Positions 6,284 to 15,453 of a DNA stretch of 24,985 nucleotides are shown here, piece after piece. Every line of letters starts with the position of its first letter. Within the stretch, counting starts at the first letter, position 1. Origin of the DNA: a virus (taxonomy: Duplodnaviria > Caudoviricetes); the IMG/VR virus record IMGVR_UViG_3300048851_000125, positions 1-24,985 of that record. The stretch is one strand, 5' to 3'. The notes under the pieces were generated by a model, which did not search any database, was not told where the DNA came from, and saw only the letters and a program-made list of their open reading frames with translations. The translations under genes were made by a program, and so were the position numbers.

Positions 6284-8971
6284 ATGGCTCGTCAGATCGC
6301 TATTCGGCTGGGTACGGAAGGCAAGGCGCAGGTCGTTGCCGACCTCGACGCGATCGGCGCGGTCGGCGACGCCTCGGCGAAGCGGCTGGCGAACTCGTAT
6401 GTCAAAGCCAGCCGCGACGCTGACGCCGCCCTCGAGTTCGCGAACCGGCAGGCCACGAAGCTCGCGGCGCTGCTCCCAGGCCTGAACCCGACCAAGCTGG
6501 ACATGGCGGCGGGTGTTCGCGACGGCATAGGCAAGAGCGCGGAATCGTCGGCGGCGATCTTCGAAGCTGCCTATGCAAAGATGGAGGCGCGCGCGACCGC
6601 CCTGCGCGCCGCGATCGATCCGGCGTTCGGCGCACAGCAGCGCTTTGACCGCGAGATGGCGGAGGCCCGTACGCTGATCAGCGCCGGCGCGATATCGCTC
6701 GACGATTATGTCGCAAAGCTGCGCCAGGAGCGCGCCGCGCTGGACGCGGTGAGCGGCGGTCATGCGGTATACTCGAAGTCGGCCGGCGCGCTACGCGGGG
6801 CGATGCAAGGCGTGTCCTACCAGGTGCAGGACACGTTCACCCAGCTGTCGATGGGCGCGAACGTGTTGCAGGTCGTCGCGATACAGGGAGGCCAGCTGGC
6901 GGGGCAGTTCTCCAACCTGGAGGGCAGGGCCGGCAACTTCGCGCGTTTCATGATCGGGCCGTGGGGTCTGGCGATTACCGCGGGGATGCTGGTGCTCGGC
7001 CCGTTGCTGGGCAAGCTGCTTGATACCAACAACGCCGTCGAGGACGGCGTCAACAAGCTGAAGAAGGACGCTGCCGAAAGCGATGCGGCCGCGCGCGCCA
7101 AGGCTAGATTTGCTCGCAGCGTCGAAGGCCTGACGGTGGCGCTCCGGGATCAGGACAAGGCCCTGCGCGACTCAGCTGACGGCGAGCGATCAGCTGCGGA
7201 GCGCGCGAACCTGCTGGCAAGGCAGAAACGCGACCAAGCCTTGGCGACCCGGCAGGCAACGGCCGCGGCACTGGCAGCGGCAGAGGCTGACCTTGGAGAT
7301 TTCTCGCTTACTGGCGCGACCACGGGCGCCGCGGCATTGCAGAACCAGGCGCGCGCGGATCGCGTCGCGAAGTTGCGCGCCGATCGGACGAAAGCCGACG
7401 CTTTGGTCAAGGACGCCGAGCGCCAGGTCAACGTCACGCGCGTCGACCTTGCCGCGGAACAGGCCGTCACCTCGCTCGATCCGGTGCGGGCTATCACGAA
7501 GGCCTACGACGACCGCATCAAGACGCTGAAGGACCAGCAGCGCGAAGAGGCGCGGCTTGGCCGGCAGGTCGGCGCCGCCTCGATCGCGCGCCTCAGGCAG
7601 ATCGAATCCGAGAAGCAGGCTGCCATCAAAGCCGAGCAGGATAAGCAGAAGGCCGTCGGCGAGACCGCGCGCCAGTACGGCCGCGAGGTTTCTTCGTCGG
7701 AGGCTTCGGCGATCGCGCGCGCGGCCGGCCTTCAGGTGAACAGTGCCGACCGCAGCACGGCGCGTCAGAAGCAGCTTTACGATTCCTGGGTGGCGCAGGG
7801 GAAGCCGAAGGAGAACCCGGTCGCCAAACCCGGCACCAGCGCGCACGAGCGCGGCAACGCGCTCGACATCCAGTTCCAGGCTGGCGTCACCGCGAAGAAG
7901 ATCAAGGACGCATTCGCCGCAGAGGGCGTGCGCCTGACGAAGGTCTTCGCCGAGACCGGCCATTGGCACGTCGAGTGGGCGCGCACTGCTGCACAGCGGT
8001 CGGCCGCGTCCGACACAGCGAAGGAAACGCGCGAGCTGGCCAAAGCCAACCGCGATCTCGATAGCGACCTCGAGCAGGTCGTGAAGCAGTTCGACCCCGC
8101 GCGCGCAGCAGCGGACGAATATGCGACCAGCCTCGCGAAGATCGATGCCCTGCTCGGTGCGGGGCGCATCACCCGCGGGCAGGCCAGCGGGTACCGCATG
8201 GATGCGTTCCACGAAGAGCAGAAGCGCCAGGCGGATGCCCAGCTCGCACAGTTCAAGACACTCTTCGGCAACGACGATCCGCTCGCCGATATCATGGGGA
8301 ACATCCAGATCGAGCGAGACGCCAAGCGGTCTGCCGACGAAGAGCGTCAGGAACGGCAACGGCAAGGGGTGCAGGATCTGGCGGGCTACTACCGGCAGGC
8401 TATGACTGGCGGCACCACCTCGTTCCTCGAGATGATGCGCGAGCGCGGGCTTCAGGTCATTTCCGAACTTCTCGCGAAATGGACGCTGGGGAAAGTTTCA
8501 ACCGGCGGTAGCGGCAACGGGCTGCTCGGCGCGATCGGGAAGCTCTTCGGGGGCGCTTCCGCACTAGCCGGGTCCGGCGGGTCGAGCCTTCTGACCGCCC
8601 CGAACATCGGGGGCACGCCCTCTGCCATGGACCCGCTAGGCAGCGGCATTCCGAAACTGGCGTCGGGGACTGAGTACTGGTCCGGCGGCACGGCGCTATT
8701 GGGCGAGCACGGGCCGGAAATGGCTCAGCTCCCGAAAGGAACGCGCGTGACGCCAGCAGGCGCGACCCAGCGCGCGCTCGCCGGCAACGACACCGCGAAG
8801 CCTCCGGTGACCCATAATTATTTCTCGGGGAATCTGATGACCCCTGAATTCTGGGACAGGATCCAGGCCGGCGATGCCGGGGCCGCCATACAGGGCGCGG
8901 CCGGGGGGGCAGCAATGAGCCAGGCCGATGGTCAGCGTAGCCGCGCGCGCCAGCTGGGGCGGCGCTGGTGA
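6284..8971 (+). CDS. Tail tape measure protein with internal M15-like metallopeptidase domain
   Basis: 895 aa, Ala-rich and helical. Lambda-type QVQDTFTQLSMG...IQGGQL motif, C-terminal LASG...LLGEHGPE, internal SAHERGNALDI...ETGHWHVEW. Confidence 0.9.
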   Translation: MARQIAIRLGTEGKAQVVADLDAIGAVGDASAKRLANSYVKASRDADAALEFANRQATKLAALLPGLNPTKLDMAAGVRDGIGKSAESSAAIFEAAYAKMEARATALRAAIDPAFGAQQRFDREMAEARTLISAGAISLDDYVAKLRQERAALDAVSGGHAVYSKSAGALRGAMQGVSYQVQDTFTQLSMGANVLQVVAIQGGQLAGQFSNLEGRAGNFARFMIGPWGLAITAGMLVLGPLLGKLLDTNNAVEDGVNKLKKDAAESDAAARAKARFARSVEGLTVALRDQDKALRDSADGERSAAERANLLARQKRDQALATRQATAAALAAAEADLGDFSLTGATTGAAALQNQARADRVAKLRADRTKADALVKDAERQVNVTRVDLAAEQAVTSLDPVRAITKAYDDRIKTLKDQQREEARLGRQVGAASIARLRQIESEKQAAIKAEQDKQKAVGETARQYGREVSSSEASAIARAAGLQVNSADRSTARQKQLYDSWVAQGKPKENPVAKPGTSAHERGNALDIQFQAGVTAKKIKDAFAAEGVRLTKVFAETGHWHVEWARTAAQRSAASDTAKETRELAKANRDLDSDLEQVVKQFDPARAAADEYATSLAKIDALLGAGRITRGQASGYRMDAFHEEQKRQADAQLAQFKTLFGNDDPLADIMGNIQIERDAKRSADEERQERQRQGVQDLAGYYRQAMTGGTTSFLEMMRERGLQVISELLAKWTLGKVSTGGSGNGLLGAIGKLFGGASALAGSGGSSLLTAPNIGGTPSAMDPLGSGIPKLASGTEYWSGGTALLGEHGPEMAQLPKGTRVTPAGATQRALAGNDTAKPPVTHNYFSGNLMTPEFWDRIQAGDAGAAIQGAAGGAAMSQADGQRSRARQLGRRW

Positions 8972-9561
8972 GTGTCCTTATACCTTTGGCCCGAGTTGCC
9001 GATCTCATTATCCGCCCGCGCCTCTTTTCCGGCAACCAGGAGGGCGTGCTCGGCGGCGAGGATCTACCCGTGCCGCGATTGGGGGACCGCTTCGCTGTCG
9101 ACGTGGCGACGTCGCAATTGCGGCAGGACGCGCAGAGCCGGCAGTTGATCGCCGCATTGATGGAGGCGACGACTGCCGACGCCCGTATCCGCCTTCGGAT
9201 GCCGAATGCGCCCACGGTGGTGGTCGGTAACGGCATGATCGACGGCAGTGGCCAGACCGGATCGGCCCTCGCAGTCCGGGGTATGATCCCGAACGGCGCC
9301 CTATCATGGGGCATGTTCTTCAGCATCGTGCATGCCGGCGTTCATCGCGTCCATATGGTTCGGTCGCAGGTGATCGCCGACGGCGCGGGCCGCGCCCTGG
9401 TGCCGATTTGGCCGATGCTTCGCTTCATCAGCTCGGATGGCGACGTTTGCCACTTCGTGGATCCTCAGATCGAGGGACAGCTGATCGGGTTCGACAAGGG
9501 CGCCGGCTTCGAGCGCAACCGCACGAAGCCGCTCGCCTTTACGATCCAGGAGCGAAAATGA
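8968..9561 (+). CDS. Distal tail protein-like
   Basis: GTGA-coupled to the tape measure gene. Motifs RLGDRFAVDV, GMFFSIV and VPIWPMLR...PQIEG. Confidence 0.6.
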   Translation: MSVLIPLARVADLIIRPRLFSGNQEGVLGGEDLPVPRLGDRFAVDVATSQLRQDAQSRQLIAALMEATTADARIRLRMPNAPTVVVGNGMIDGSGQTGSALAVRGMIPNGALSWGMFFSIVHAGVHRVHMVRSQVIADGAGRALVPIWPMLRFISSDGDVCHFVDPQIEGQLIGFDKGAGFERNRTKPLAFTIQERK

Positions 9562-10202
9562 CATTCCGGTTGACGCCCGAGGCCTCTGCCGCGCTGCGGT
9601 CGGGTCTGCACCCGCTTGCCCCGCTCGTCGAGGTTGTCCTGCCCGGGCACACCATGTGGCACCTCGTGGGCGCCGGCGAGGTGCCGTGGGGCGACAAGAC
9701 ATTCACCGGGAGCGACCCGCTGTTCGGGTCACTCGTTGCGGCCGGCACGCTGAAGGACGGCGTCGGCGACGAGGCACCGGATTGGGACCTGACCTTCGTT
9801 CCACCCAGCAACATCGCCGCGTCGCAACTTGCGTCGGCGACCGCACAAGGAGGAAGGGTCAACGGCTGGCTGGCGATCGTCAATCGCGAAACCGGACGTA
9901 TCGTGCCGGACCCATTGCAGCTGTTCGCCGGCGAGCTGGACGTTCCGCGGCTGCGCGTGGGCAAGGGAACGCGGACGGTCGAGTGGCGCTGCGCGTCAGC
10001 CCTCGAGCCATTCCACGATCAGGAAATCGGCGCACGACTGTCCGACGCCTGGCATCGGCTCGTCTGGCCGGGAGAGACGGGGCTCGCCAACATGACCGGG
10101 ATCGAGCGGACCAGCTATTGGGGTGTGGAGAAGCCGCCATCGGCGGTTTCCGTGATCGGGGGAAGCACGCGCGCCTCGTTCCTGGGGGCAATGGGCCTGT
10201 GA
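9558..10202 (+). CDS. Tail tip/hub component (gpL / DUF2163-like)
   Basis: ATG 9558 overlaps the upstream TGA (the track start at 9306 is too far upstream). PDPLQLFAGELD...RLSDAWHRLVWPGETGL...YWG. Confidence 0.65.
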   Translation: MTFRLTPEASAALRSGLHPLAPLVEVVLPGHTMWHLVGAGEVPWGDKTFTGSDPLFGSLVAAGTLKDGVGDEAPDWDLTFVPPSNIAASQLASATAQGGRVNGWLAIVNRETGRIVPDPLQLFAGELDVPRLRVGKGTRTVEWRCASALEPFHDQEIGARLSDAWHRLVWPGETGLANMTGIERTSYWGVEKPPSAVSVIGGSTRASFLGAMGL

Positions 10203-10618
10203 TCGAAATGGTTCGCAGGCAGCAGGCCGCACAAGCCGCGGTGGACCGGTTCAAGGGAGAGCCATGGCAACTCGGCAAGAACGACTGCGTCCGTCTGGCT
10301 GCGTTCGTGCTCCGCAGGATGGGGCACCACCCCCAGCTCGGCAAGGCGGGCACGTACACGACGGGCGCGGGCGCCATGCGCGCGCTGAAGCGCGCGGGGT
10401 TCGACAGCCTTGGCGCGGCGCTAGACGCTCTCGGTCTAGAGCGCATCGCACCGGCGGCAGCGCGCGTCGCGGACATCGTTATGATACCAGGAGAGGCTCC
10501 TTTGGACGGTGCCCTGACGATCGCGGTCGGTAACGGCCGTGTTCTCGGCTTCCATGAGGACATGGCAGTCGCAGAGATTCTCCAGCCCGTGGCGTTCATC
10601 GGCGCGTGGCGGGTCTGA
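10199..10618 (+). CDS. NlpC/P60-like tail assembly protein (gpK / DUF6950-like)
   Basis: GTG 10199 overlaps the upstream TGA. PWQLGKNDCVRLAA, ARVADIV and terminal AWRV. Confidence 0.75.
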   Translation: MIEMVRRQQAAQAAVDRFKGEPWQLGKNDCVRLAAFVLRRMGHHPQLGKAGTYTTGAGAMRALKRAGFDSLGAALDALGLERIAPAAARVADIVMIPGEAPLDGALTIAVGNGRVLGFHEDMAVAEILQPVAFIGAWRV

Positions 10619-12900
10619 TGAAGACGCTTAGAACCGCAGCGTTTGTTATCGGCGCAGCCGCGCTCGTCGCAACGGGTATCGGTGCGGCGGTTGGCGCCGG
10701 CCTGATCGGAACGGCCGCGGCTGCCGGCGCGGCTGCTTCGTCGGCGACGCTGTTCGGCGTGACGGCCGCCACGTTCACGGCTGTGGGCGCGATAGCCGGT
10801 GCCGCGAGCGCGGTCCTTTCGCTCGCAGCCGGCACGCCCAAGGGCAGCGTCGGGGGCAGCGCGACCCAGTTCAAGATCGATAAGGATGCCGGCATACCGG
10901 TAGCGATCGGGAGGACGTACAGCGGCGGCAACGTGGTGCATCGTCAGTATTACGGTTCGAAGAACAGCTTGGAGAGCTGGGTCACCGTTCACAGTATTGG
11001 CCCCGTCCGCAGCCTGGGGCCGCTCCTGATCAACAAGGTCGCCGTCGCGCTGGCCGGCACCGCGATCACCGGCAGCTATGCAAATTGGATGTGGCTTGAT
11101 CAGCAACTGGGGGCCTGCCCGGAAACGCGGGCGTTGACCGGCCCGCAGGGCCCATTTCCGGGATGGGGCGCAGGATCCACCCTGTCTGGTCTAGCGGCGG
11201 ATCTCTGGACGCTGAAGTTCGACACCAAAGGCAAGGTCTATCCGAACGGCGTGCCGCAGCGCGGCCGCATCGTCGAGGGCGTCTATGTCTACGATCCCCG
11301 CCTCGACAGCACCTATCCAGGCGGCTCAGGCCCATGCCGACTGGGCCAGGAGGCGACCTACGTCTGGTCCGAGAACCCCGCGCTGCACACCGTCACATGG
11401 GCCTACGGTCGCGTACAAAACGGCGTACTCGTAGCGGGCGGAGGCATGGAGATCGATGGAATCGACATGGCGCCCTTCGTGGACTGGGCCAACGTCTGCG
11501 ACGCAAACGGCTGGAAGGCCGGCGGCATCGTCTACACGACCAGCGATAACAGCTGGGACATCCTGAAAATGATCGCTCAGTCGGGCGGCGGCGAGGTCTT
11601 CCCCGTTGGCGCCCAGCTATCATGCTGCTTCAGCGCGCCCAGGGTATCGATCGGCACGATTACCACGAACGACATCGCCGGCGATGTCGACGTTCCGGGG
11701 ACGTCCTCTCGCCGCCTGCGCCGCAACACGGTTATCCCGCGCGTGCGGCTGGAAAGTCACGGGTGGGAAGAGGTGCCGCTCGATGCGATCCCGATCCCGG
11801 ACTATGTCGCAGCGGATGGCGGCAGTCGTCCGACCGAGATACGGCTGCCGCTGGTCCAGCAGGTCGATCAGGGCGCCCAGCTCGGGCTCTATACCATCCT
11901 GGATGCGCGCGAACTCGACGGGATCACCCTGCCCTGCAAGGTATATGCAATAGGATATCGCCCCGGGGACTGCCTCACCGTGGACATCCCAGAGGCGGCC
12001 CTTTCGGCCCGTGATGTTGTCGTTCGCAACCGCGAGATCGAAGGCAGCACGATGGCGGTGACCTTGACGTGCCGCTCGGAAACGCACGCGAAGCACCCAT
12101 TTTGCCTGGGCAAGACGGGCGCTGCGCCACCCACTCCGGATCTGAGCGTGCCTGAAAGCTATCCGGTCGAGAACCTGTCCGCTCTTCAGCTCGGGGTTGC
12201 CACATCCTTCCCGATCGGCCTTTCGATCACTGCGGCGGACGGAGGCGCGATCACCATCAGCGATCACACGCGCCGGTACACCGACGGCCACCCTGACGTC
12301 GCGGTCACCGGCGCAACGATCGCCTCGGGGCTGGCGGCCGGCGCGTTCCGCGCGATCGGCTACGACGATCCCGACCGCCTCGGCGGCGAAGTCGCGTACG
12401 CGCTGTACGCGGATGACATCGATGCTCGCGTGGCGCCGGACAATCCCGGGCGCCACTATGTCGGGTTCGCGACGATCCCGACAGCGGGCAGCCCGCCAGC
12501 ATCGGGTGGTGGTGCGACACCGCCAGGCGGGAACTGCGTCGTCGTCGACACGCCGCTGATGCTCGCAGACGGCGAGACCAAACGCGCCGGGGACATCGTC
12601 GTCGGTGATCGCATGTGGACGCGGCACGAGGCGTCGCTGGCGTGGGGGATCTATCCGGTCGAGGCGATGACGATCGTCGACAGCGACGACGTCTGGGACG
12701 CCGTGGTCGGCGGCCGCGCGCTGCGGGCGACCGGCGATCACCTCGTCTACACAGGCGCCTGGACGAAGATGCGCGACATCGGCGCGGCGGTGCCGGGCAC
12801 CTTCTCGGTCGCGAAGATCACCGTCTCCGGCGCCCACACCTACGTCTCGAACGGCATCCTCAGCCACAACATCAAGTCGCTGCAGCCCAACCCCGACTAG
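10618..12900 (+). CDS. Central tail hub/tip (gpJ-like) protein with C-terminal Hint (intein-like) domain
   Basis: TGATG coupling at 10616-10620. Tip motifs IPVAIGRT, VYDPRLDSTYPGGSG, WSENPAL and WANVCDANGW. C-terminal Hint at 12535-12870. Confidence 0.85.
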   Translation: MKTLRTAAFVIGAAALVATGIGAAVGAGLIGTAAAAGAAASSATLFGVTAATFTAVGAIAGAASAVLSLAAGTPKGSVGGSATQFKIDKDAGIPVAIGRTYSGGNVVHRQYYGSKNSLESWVTVHSIGPVRSLGPLLINKVAVALAGTAITGSYANWMWLDQQLGACPETRALTGPQGPFPGWGAGSTLSGLAADLWTLKFDTKGKVYPNGVPQRGRIVEGVYVYDPRLDSTYPGGSGPCRLGQEATYVWSENPALHTVTWAYGRVQNGVLVAGGGMEIDGIDMAPFVDWANVCDANGWKAGGIVYTTSDNSWDILKMIAQSGGGEVFPVGAQLSCCFSAPRVSIGTITTNDIAGDVDVPGTSSRRLRRNTVIPRVRLESHGWEEVPLDAIPIPDYVAADGGSRPTEIRLPLVQQVDQGAQLGLYTILDARELDGITLPCKVYAIGYRPGDCLTVDIPEAALSARDVVVRNREIEGSTMAVTLTCRSETHAKHPFCLGKTGAAPPTPDLSVPESYPVENLSALQLGVATSFPIGLSITAADGGAITISDHTRRYTDGHPDVAVTGATIASGLAAGAFRAIGYDDPDRLGGEVAYALYADDIDARVAPDNPGRHYVGFATIPTAGSPPASGGGATPPGGNCVVVDTPLMLADGETKRAGDIVVGDRMWTRHEASLAWGIYPVEAMTIVDSDDVWDAVVGGRALRATGDHLVYTGAWTKMRDIGAAVPGTFSVAKITVSGAHTYVSNGILSHNIKSLQPNPD
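12535..12870 (+). other. Hint / bacterial intein-like autoprocessing domain (112 aa)
   Basis: Block A CVVVDTPLMLADG...AGDIVVGDRM, block B LRATGDHLVYT, blocks F/G VAKITVSGAHTYVSNGILSHN. The +1 residue is Ile. Confidence 0.85.
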
Positions 12901-12918
12901 CGCGGCAGGAGAACTACT

Positions 12919-13320
12919 ATGACACCTGGAACGCTGCCACTGACGGTGCAGCGGGGGACGCCGTTCGTCTACCGCATCGACTTTCCGGATTACGACCTGA
13001 CGACCGCGGGGCTAGCTGCGCAGGTTCGCCTGTATCGCGACCAGCCCGGCGCGCCCCTGATCAGCCTGACCGCGGCGCAGCCCCTCGCGCAGGGCCTGTC
13101 CGTCACCGTACTCACCGACGACGACGGCGTGCCGACCTCGACGTTGCAGATCCGCATCAACGAAACGACGATCGAGGACCTCCTGCCGTTCCCGGTCAAC
13201 GGGCTCGAGCCGGCCGAACCGGTCGTTCTCGCCTGGGACCTGCACCTCACCATCTCGCCCGTCGGCAAGCGCCGCTGGATCGAAGGCCCCTTCACCATTT
13301 CGCCTGGAGTAACACGCTGA
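12919..13320 (+). CDS. Beta-sandwich tail adaptor (BppU/LtfC-like) hypothetical protein
   Basis: RBS AGGAG. LTVQRGTPF...DLT...AAQVR...WDL...RWIEGPFTISPGVT pattern typical of spike-anchoring adaptors. Confidence 0.6.
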   Translation: MTPGTLPLTVQRGTPFVYRIDFPDYDLTTAGLAAQVRLYRDQPGAPLISLTAAQPLAQGLSVTVLTDDDGVPTSTLQIRINETTIEDLLPFPVNGLEPAEPVVLAWDLHLTISPVGKRRWIEGPFTISPGVTR

Positions 13321-15359
13321 TGTCCGATGCAAGCGTACGAGCGATAGACGGCCGCGCCGTCGTGCGCGTCGGCGGCAGCGAGCTGCTGGCCCCGATCACG
13401 GCAGGCGCCACGCAGAGCGCAGCAGACGCGGCCGACAGCGCAGATGCTTCCGCACAGAGCGCCGCAGCTGCGGCCCTGGCGGAGTCCGGCGCCGTTGCCG
13501 CGGCCGGTACGCTCTTTCCGACGACGACGGCCGGCCTCGCGGCGACCGCGGCAAACGGGTTCTTCACCGTCGTCGGGGACGGCACGGCGACCTATGCGAT
13601 CCTGTACAAGAAGGTGGACGGTGCCGCGGTCGAGCAGGCGCGGTATGCCAGCAAGGCGGCATATGAAGGGCCGGCCGGCGCGGCGAACATCGGCACGAGC
13701 GATGCGCTCGGCGGCCCCTCCGCGCCGGCGATCCACAGCTACGAACAGGTGCGCCGGCTGACCTGGTACGGGTTTAAGGGGAATGGATCCGCGATCGATA
13801 CCGAGGCTGTTCGAACCGCGTTCTTCGATGCGCACGAGACTAACTTGCGTCAATTGGTCGTGCCTCGCGGGCTTTCTCTCATTGATGGCCCGGTGGTGGG
13901 CGAGGACAACCCGATCCCGTGGGGGCTGACGGTCACATGCGAAGGTCGCAACCCGGACGGGCTCTACGAATCGTTCTCGCGGTTCGTCTACAGCGGCTCC
14001 GGCTCCATGTTCGATATCAAGAGTAGGACCGGCGCTGGCGCTCGTGTCGGCCGACTTAAATTCTCGGGATTGTTCTTTCAGACGCTGAACCCGGCCGCCA
14101 ATGTATTTCGGTTTAACGACCCTCGCACGTTCACGCCGTCCGATATTCCGGGGAGCGGTGATGATGATTACAATTTCATTTCGGGCGTTCTGTTCGATTT
14201 CTGTGGCGCAATCGGCGTCGGCGGACCGACGCAGACCGGTGACTTCATCACTGCGCAGAAGCTTTTCGAACTAGAAGTTACGGCGCAGTGCGAGATGTAT
14301 AACTTTCGGCGCGCTTTTGACTTGTACGCCTGCGACAATTCCTCGCTTTCACCCCGCACGGTCGGCAACGGAAGGGCATTCCATATTGAGAAGTCCGGAA
14401 ACTTCGGAAACAACAACAAGATCAACGTGCCTTATAGTGGAGGCGTTTCCAATGCTGGCAACGTTGAAGATGCCTACCTTGTGTGGGACAATTGCCGGGG
14501 AACTCGCATCGGATCGGGCAGCAGCATGCTGATGGAAGGCGCGCATTCAGCTGCGCACCTTTATCTCGACGGGTATGGCACAACTATCGACAGCCCGCTT
14601 TTTGGCGCTTCGTCAAAAATCTTCCGCCTCGGCCCCAGCGGTCGAGAAATCGCGATGACTTCTCCCCGCGTGCCGGTGACAAATTTGGATTGGGCGCCTA
14701 TCATCGACGACCCTTCAAGCTGGGCCTACGGAGACCAGCAGTCGGATTATCGTATCCGCATCTACGATGCCCCCCTGAACTTTCAAAACATCATCGGCGC
14801 CGCAAATACCAAGGGGCGCGTCGTGATGTCGACCGGTGCCACGCACGGCCTCGGACTCCCGCAAGCCGACGAACCTGGCATTGCCACCACCAAGGGCTTT
14901 CTGTCGCCGGTCGTTTGCACTGCGGCGAATTATTGGGGCGGTGTCGGCATCGGAGGCATGCCGATTGAGGGCATCGTTGCCGACATTGGGGCCACCGGCG
15001 ATCGCGCCATCAAAATCAGTAACCAGCAGGGCTCCGGGTTCGGGCTCTATACCAAAATCGGCGGACGGGCGTCTGCCGCGCTTTACAAGGTCAATATTCG
15101 GAATCGGCTTTCAGCGGCAATCGCCACGGGAAGCTTCACGTTCATCGCGACCAGAGCGCCGGCTGGCAGCACAGACCCGGGGGTGTTCTTCCAGGCGCTG
15201 ACCATCAATCTGGGCACGACCTATGGCAGGGCAGCCCCCGATACGTTGGACCTTTCGTCTTGGGGCGATGGCGACATTCTCGGGTTAGAGCTTTACAATA
15301 ACGGCACGGGTGTAGGCATGTGGGTCGATTATATCGCGCTGACGCCAGTGGCGGATTGA
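13320..15359 (+). CDS. Tailspike / receptor-binding protein, probable beta-helix polysaccharide depolymerase
   Basis: ATG 13320 is TGATG-coupled (the track start at 12615 is too far upstream). N-terminal anchor FPTTTAGLAATAANGFFTV...ARYAS, pectate-lyase-3-like start YGFKGNGSAIDTEAVRTAF...LVVPRG, Asn/Gly-rich body and CBM-like end MWVDYIALTP. Confidence 0.8.
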   Translation: MSDASVRAIDGRAVVRVGGSELLAPITAGATQSAADAADSADASAQSAAAAALAESGAVAAAGTLFPTTTAGLAATAANGFFTVVGDGTATYAILYKKVDGAAVEQARYASKAAYEGPAGAANIGTSDALGGPSAPAIHSYEQVRRLTWYGFKGNGSAIDTEAVRTAFFDAHETNLRQLVVPRGLSLIDGPVVGEDNPIPWGLTVTCEGRNPDGLYESFSRFVYSGSGSMFDIKSRTGAGARVGRLKFSGLFFQTLNPAANVFRFNDPRTFTPSDIPGSGDDDYNFISGVLFDFCGAIGVGGPTQTGDFITAQKLFELEVTAQCEMYNFRRAFDLYACDNSSLSPRTVGNGRAFHIEKSGNFGNNNKINVPYSGGVSNAGNVEDAYLVWDNCRGTRIGSGSSMLMEGAHSAAHLYLDGYGTTIDSPLFGASSKIFRLGPSGREIAMTSPRVPVTNLDWAPIIDDPSSWAYGDQQSDYRIRIYDAPLNFQNIIGAANTKGRVVMSTGATHGLGLPQADEPGIATTKGFLSPVVCTAANYWGGVGIGGMPIEGIVADIGATGDRAIKISNQQGSGFGLYTKIGGRASAALYKVNIRNRLSAAIATGSFTFIATRAPAGSTDPGVFFQALTINLGTTYGRAAPDTLDLSSWGDGDILGLELYNNGTGVGMWVDYIALTPVAD

Positions 15360-15453
15360 CCTCCACTATAAAGGTTAGCGCCAGTCCAAAATTCCGTGCA
15401 ATCGCAGGGGCCGCGAGGTACGAGATCCCTTTCGACCACCTTTAGGGCGACCT

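Noticed and set aside
12535-12870. Canonical mobile intein
   Set aside because: No homing endonuclease, the +1 residue is Ile and the C-extein is only 9 aa, so standard splicing is unlikely. Kept as an intein-like Hint domain.
12615-13319. N-terminal 235 aa of the 914-aa ORF, suggesting a giant protein overlapping the Hint and adaptor genes
   Set aside because: Arg-rich off-frame read-through. The real tailspike start is the TGATG-coupled ATG at 13320. The same applies to the extended starts at 3066, 9306, 9656, 18699, 19271, 21330 and 22630.
1-13320. Gene transfer agent (RcGTA-like) cluster
   Set aside because: The long tape measure, Mu gpT-like capsid, G/GT frameshift, and linked lysis, moron and methylase genes fit a genuine temperate phage better.
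15356-15381. Possible sigma70 promoter for the acyltransferase (TTGACC...GTTAGCGC)
   Set aside because: The -35 is plausible but the -10 match is poor, so it cannot be supported without TSS data.
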